A stretch of 33,143 nucleotides of DNA, taken from positions 1-33,143 of the IMG/VR virus record IMGVR_UViG_3300037863_000077, one strand, 5' to 3'. Positions 29,199 to 33,143 of the stretch are shown in pieces; position 1 is the stretch's first letter, and every line of letters begins with the position of its first letter. A program made the position numbers and the translations under genes. The DNA comes from a virus (taxonomy: Duplodnaviria > Caudoviricetes). The notes under the pieces were generated by a model. It was not told the origin of the DNA. It was given only the letters and a program-made list of their open reading frames with translations, and ran no database searches.

Positions 29199-31195
29199 AC
29201 CACAATCCTCAGTTCGCCAGTGCTGGTCTTGTAAATCTGCCCTACGATAAGACCGCCAGTCAGCGCAGCCGCGTTAGATGCGTATGTCGCGAGATTCTTG
29301 GCTTCGAGCGTCCCAGATGCGCGGGCTGAGAATGTGTTAGACCGTGAGCCAGAGGTCGCTCCGCGTCCGATCTGAAACAGCACATCATCTGCCTGGCCGG
29401 TCGTGTATTCCGAGAACTTTCCGACCGCGGCCCCGTAATCGTCAGACACGATATGACCGCGCCCAGCAGCAAAGCTGTAAGGCGCTGCGAGGGTATTATC
29501 AAAGCCAAACAGGCCACTATAGTCCGCAAGGCCGCTCATATAAAGCTCGCGTCCATAGGCGAACGAGTAATTACAGAGGTTGTCGCTGGCGACAACATAT
29601 CCGCCCGTGAACGTGAAGTTGCCGTCTGGGTAGCAGGCATAGCCCCACGCAAAGCTATTGCTTACGCCTACCGTGTTTATTGCCGAACTATATCCGATCA
29701 CCACGTTGCCGGTGCCCAAAGCTGGAGCTACCACAAATGTGATCGTGTTGCGCCCATCGCTGGCCGTGCTGACTGAATAATTGGTTGGGCTTGTCTGAAC
29801 CACGCCGCCAACAGTCACTTCCGAGATGATCGTGCCGCGATAATCCAGCACGAAAGAAAGCTTCGCCCCGGTGCCGGAAAATGTCTCGTTGAGCAACACA
29901 CCACCGGTGCGGCTGTTCCAGCTAACCAGCGTGTCAAACCCCGAAATCACCGTGGTAGTGCCTGAATTGGCCGTGCCGTCGCCGCGGTTCCAGAATAGTA
30001 CGCTTTCCGCTTCTTGGTTTACCGGCAGATTGTTAACGAACGCAGGGCCAATGACGTTGTACCCACCATCCCACAGGGACGCGCCAAGCCAGTGTGTATA
30101 ATCGCCGCTACCTAAATCCTGAAATTGCGTCCGCAGGTTGCGGGTGGAGAGATAGCGCCAGCGGCCATTTGATTTGTTGGAAAATGCCTGCAAGGCCGGG
30201 CTTATTTGATACCGGTCGTGAAGCGGCGACATGCCCATGATGAAGAAGGGGGTAAAGTCCTCCACCCATGTTTCGCCGGGATAGACCCCAGGGTTTGCCG
30301 GATCGCCACGGAATTGCTTGTCGAGATTGGTGATATATGTCGTGTACGTGGCGAACGTCATCGCGTTTACGCCGGCACCGTTTTCTTCGCCCTGCGCCCA
30401 GATTAGGAAGTCTATAGTGGTCTTGCCAGCCGCAACCAACTCTGTAGACGCCAAAGCGGCGGCAATCTTAGTTTTAATTGCCGCATAGCGCGGCTGGGTA
30501 GCAGGCACCCATTCGGTGATGCTCTCACCGCTGCGTGCGTCATATACAATATAGACTTCGCGGCCCGTCTTTTCCGCGATGTAATGCGCGGCAGACAGCG
30601 CGAAGTTGTTCTTGGAACTGTTGCCGGTAGGTGCGGAGGAAGTCCAAGGCGCTGCCGTATATTGGCCTCCAGACACCCAAGTGCTGTTGGTCGGGTCCCA
30701 CGTTTTGACCAGCGGGTTCAGCGGATTGTTGCCTCCGGCATAGACGCCGACCGCGTTGGATTGGCCAGTGATGGCAATCAGGACAGGGGCCCGATCACCA
30801 AGCAGCGTGTCGAGCGTGTCTTTAACTGTTTTGGTGCCGTAGCCAACCAAAGACGCGCCGGTGGGGGATGCTAAAGAGGCAATAAAAGTGTTTAATTCGT
30901 TTGCGGCGGCTATGCCTGAAATGTTATCTTTGGTCCACAACGCAACGCTATTTGCGGTCTCTAGGGTAAACTTGTAGCTGGCCGTTACCGTTAGCCAAAT
31001 TTCGCTGGTAACGCGGCCTGCGCTATCCAAAATAATAGGATTAGCGTGCGGTGTTGCGCCGCTGCTGCTCGTATACGTGATTGAAGGGGTGGTAGTGCCC
31101 GCCTCGTAAGTATACAGCTTGCCGCCCGCGAGCGGAACACCGTTGTTGTCGAAGAACTGCCATCCGGCACCAGCAAGAGGTGATAGTGCAACCAT
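29195..31195 (-). CDS. Tailspike/tail fibre with SGNH (sialate O-acetylesterase-like) domain
   Basis: N-terminal virion-binding region (QFFDNNG.PLAGGKLYTY.AGT..P; NPIILDSAGR); ITGQSNA, IWAQGEEN and DYTH esterase motifs; C-terminal Gly/aromatic beta-repeats. Confidence 0.8.
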   Translation of the reverse strand: MVALSPLAGAGWQFFDNNGVPLAGGKLYTYEAGTTTPSITYTSSSGATPHANPIILDSAGRVTSEIWLTVTASYKFTLETANSVALWTKDNISGIAAANELNTFIASLASPTGASLVGYGTKTVKDTLDTLLGDRAPVLIAITGQSNAVGVYAGGNNPLNPLVKTWDPTNSTWVSGGQYTAAPWTSSAPTGNSSKNNFALSAAHYIAEKTGREVYIVYDARSGESITEWVPATQPRYAAIKTKIAAALASTELVAAGKTTIDFLIWAQGEENGAGVNAMTFATYTTYITNLDKQFRGDPANPGVYPGETWVEDFTPFFIMGMSPLHDRYQISPALQAFSNKSNGRWRYLSTRNLRTQFQDLGSGDYTHWLGASLWDGGYNVIGPAFVNNLPVNQEAESVLFWNRGDGTANSGTTTVISGFDTLVSWNSRTGGVLLNETFSGTGAKLSFVLDYRGTIISEVTVGGVVQTSPTNYSVSTASDGRNTITFVVAPALGTGNVVIGYSSAINTVGVSNSFAWGYACYPDGNFTFTGGYVVASDNLCNYSFAYGRELYMSGLADYSGLFGFDNTLAAPYSFAAGRGHIVSDDYGAAVGKFSEYTTGQADDVLFQIGRGATSGSRSNTFSARASGTLEAKNLATYASNAAALTGGLIVGQIYKTSTGELRIVV

Positions 31196-31204
31196 AGTGT
31201 GTCC

Positions 31205-31567
31205 TTACGCCAAAAATTTTAGCTTGTAGAGGGTAGAGTAATACAGCCCGAAAATCTCGTCGATGATGTTCTGGAGCGGTGTACACTCCTTATCGACGAC
31301 TTTATACCGCATCGCCGTCAAGTCGTCCACTTGACCTTCAAGGAACTCAACGACGTTGGTGGTTTTTTTGGCGGTCATAAGCGAGATAGGCCCAATCAGA
31401 CCATATTTGCCTTGATAAGCCTCAGCAAAATTGTCGGTTAGATCAATGATATTTCTATAAAATTTCTGCAAAGCCTTATGCTTGGCATAGCTGCGCGTGT
31501 TCAAATGCGTGCTGTGCGTCACGTCGCGGGCGAGGAACAGAACCCCTACAAAGTCAGCGCAAGTCAT
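31205..31567 (-). CDS. Ferritin/Dps-like four-helix protein (DUF5856-like)
   Basis: H..HL.T.SYAKHKAL..FY......D.FAE.YQG.YG and LQNIIDEI......TLYKL pattern. Confidence 0.7.
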   Translation of the reverse strand: MTCADFVGVLFLARDVTHSTHLNTRSYAKHKALQKFYRNIIDLTDNFAEAYQGKYGLIGPISLMTAKKTTNVVEFLEGQVDDLTAMRYKVVDKECTPLQNIIDEIFGLYYSTLYKLKFLA

Positions 31568-33143
31568 GCCATCATTCCTTCAGGGGCTTCTGGAGCCATC
31601 TGTGGGGCTTCTGGAGCCATCTGGGGGGCTTCGGGGGCCATACCGCCTTGGGTTTCCTGCCCTTCGCCCGCGTATGGCATCTCACGCGGCCCTTTTGCTT
31701 CCGGCATCCGGGGCATACCCCCGGAAATATCGCCAGTTTCAATAGCCGCGTGAATGGTGCCCATAACGATATCTTGGACTTGTTCTGGCGACATACTGTT
31801 TTGCATGGCGGTTATACGCTTGGTTTCGGCATCGTAAGCGTCCACCTGAGCCTTGTATTCCTTAATGTCCACTTCGCGCTGGGCAACGCTGTCCTGCACG
31901 TTGCCGATAATGTCGGACATACGGTTCAGTTCTTGCGTCATGGCATCAATCTGCTGCTGCGCTTGCATCATCTCAGGCGACTGGTCGCCTTCCGACAGAA
32001 CTTTCGGGTCGAGAATCTTCTTGAACCGTGCCGCCATCTCCTGCGCGCCTGGCCAATCCATGTTCTTGATAAACAGATCGCCTGCCACAGACCATAGTTG
32101 AGGATTAGATTGCAAGATTTGGCTCATGGCATCCAAAGCTTCCTGACGCTTGGTCATGTAACCGGGGCCAGTGGTCACCATAACATCGTAAGTACCTATG
32201 GATGGATTGTATATTTTCTCAATCATTGCACCGTTTTGGTCGCGTACTTCTTTAACCGGCTCAGGCTGCGCCGGGTTAAACTTGACCATGCTGACTTCAT
32301 TATCAACGCCGATGATGCGCGCGACACGTTGCGTGTCGTAAATCTTGGGGATTATATCGACAATCTGCCGCGTAAGGTGGCGGATAGCACGGGCAAGGTT
32401 GTCAACGTAATGGTATGTGCCCACGTCGCCCTGCTTCTCGCGGGCGAGAATGGCCTTACCCGAGCGTTCGTTGCCCTGCATCCCCAGACTGGCATCGTAT
32501 TGGCCTGTTGTGCCTTTAATGTCGTCCGCGGCGCCCATCTTGGCCTGAATCAAGGCGGTCTGGGGCAGCGGAGGCTGCGCGCGTTGCGGCAGCGGCAAGA
32601 CGTTGCCAGCGCCGTCGGTCACGTCCGGGTTGACCTCCAGATACGGCCAGTTGTTTACGTTGGCCGTTTTCCATTGGTTCTCATAGCCTTCAAACTGGCC
32701 ACCGTAAGCAATAAACGGCGCTTTAGGTGCCAGCGCCAGCATTTCTGCCTCTTGGCTGGACCAGTAATTAAACATACGCTGGGCGTCTTTGGCATTGCGC
32801 ACCAACCCGCTAATGTAGATGCGTCCTTCAACTTCAAACTCATTGCCAACAACGCGGACAACGGGGATGTATTTACCCGGCCACTCGCGTTCTTCTAAGA
32901 TATCAAAACCATTGGTTTTTATGCAGTTAACTTTGCTGCGCGTCACATCGCGTTTACGAATAGGCGCACCAAACATCGCGGTAAGCTGTTTATCGCGGTT
33001 AGTGCGCGCAAAAGCTGTTTGATTGTCAGGGTATAGATGCAGGATGGCCTGTTCGTTGGAAAAGTAAAAATACTCCGCAATGCGGATTGTATCTTCGGCC
33101 AACCACTGCGCCATGCTCTCGTTGCCAACACCTTGCGCCATTA
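31564..33143 (-). CDS. Portal protein (P22 gp1-like), 5'-truncated by the window edge
   Basis: GLVRNAKDAQRMFNYW; SGKAILARE.QGD...YHY.DNL; GTYDV.V.TGP.Y.TKRQE; C-terminal coiled-coil barrel. Confidence 0.9.
   Translation of the reverse strand, partial: MAQGVGNESMAQWLAEDTIRIAEYFYFSNEQAILHLYPDNQTAFARTNRDKQLTAMFGAPIRKRDVTRSKVNCIKTNGFDILEEREWPGKYIPVVRVVGNEFEVEGRIYISGLVRNAKDAQRMFNYWSSQEAEMLALAPKAPFIAYGGQFEGYENQWKTANVNNWPYLEVNPDVTDGAGNVLPLPQRAQPPLPQTALIQAKMGAADDIKGTTGQYDASLGMQGNERSGKAILAREKQGDVGTYHYVDNLARAIRHLTRQIVDIIPKIYDTQRVARIIGVDNEVSMVKFNPAQPEPVKEVRDQNGAMIEKIYNPSIGTYDVMVTTGPGYMTKRQEALDAMSQILQSNPQLWSVAGDLFIKNMDWPGAQEMAARFKKILDPKVLSEGDQSPEMMQAQQQIDAMTQELNRMSDIIGNVQDSVAQREVDIKEYKAQVDAYDAETKRITAMQNSMSPEQVQDIVMGTIHAAIETGDISGGMPRMPEAKGPREMPYAGEGQETQGGMAPEAPQMAPEAPQMAPEAPEGMMA
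31583..31641 (-). repeat. 21-bp tandem repeat encoding MAPEAPQ x3 at the portal C-terminus
   Basis: Seen in both the DNA and the translation. Confidence 0.8.

Noticed and set aside
32098-32898. 266-aa plus-strand ORF within the portal gene
   Set aside because: It is an antisense shadow of a conserved structural gene with no supporting features.

Overview
The window covers most of the genome of a tailed dsDNA phage with a P22-like podovirus structural module. The terminase and the 5' end of the portal gene lie beyond the right edge, and no integrase, tRNA, rRNA or CRISPR array was seen. From left to right: a non-coding repeat/AT-rich region (candidate origin or packaging/terminal region); a sigma70-driven rightward cluster of small early genes (sliding-clamp-like, Ocr-like acidic, Ala-rich repeat and membrane micro-proteins); a leftward replication operon (Cas4-like/PD-(D/E)XK nuclease, SSB-like, PAPS-reductase-like, family A DNA polymerase, primase-helicase); a divergent rightward operon (VRR-NUC, C5 methyltransferase, SNF2-like helicase, DUF3310); and the leftward late operon (portal, tailspike with SGNH esterase, scaffold, coat, gp4/gp10-like, cupin-SET fusion, ejection proteins, lysis genes). 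The top finding is a 305-aa intein in the DNA polymerase whose endonuclease is not in the intein frame. Instead a complete HNH-family gene with its own RBS is nested in the +1 frame exactly between splicing blocks B and F. A second nested +1-frame gene lies inside the C5 methyltransferase and carries its missing motif IX (alpha/beta type). Two apparent deletion remnants of structural genes also lie in the late operon. All family assignments come from motif recognition by eye, not from database searches.
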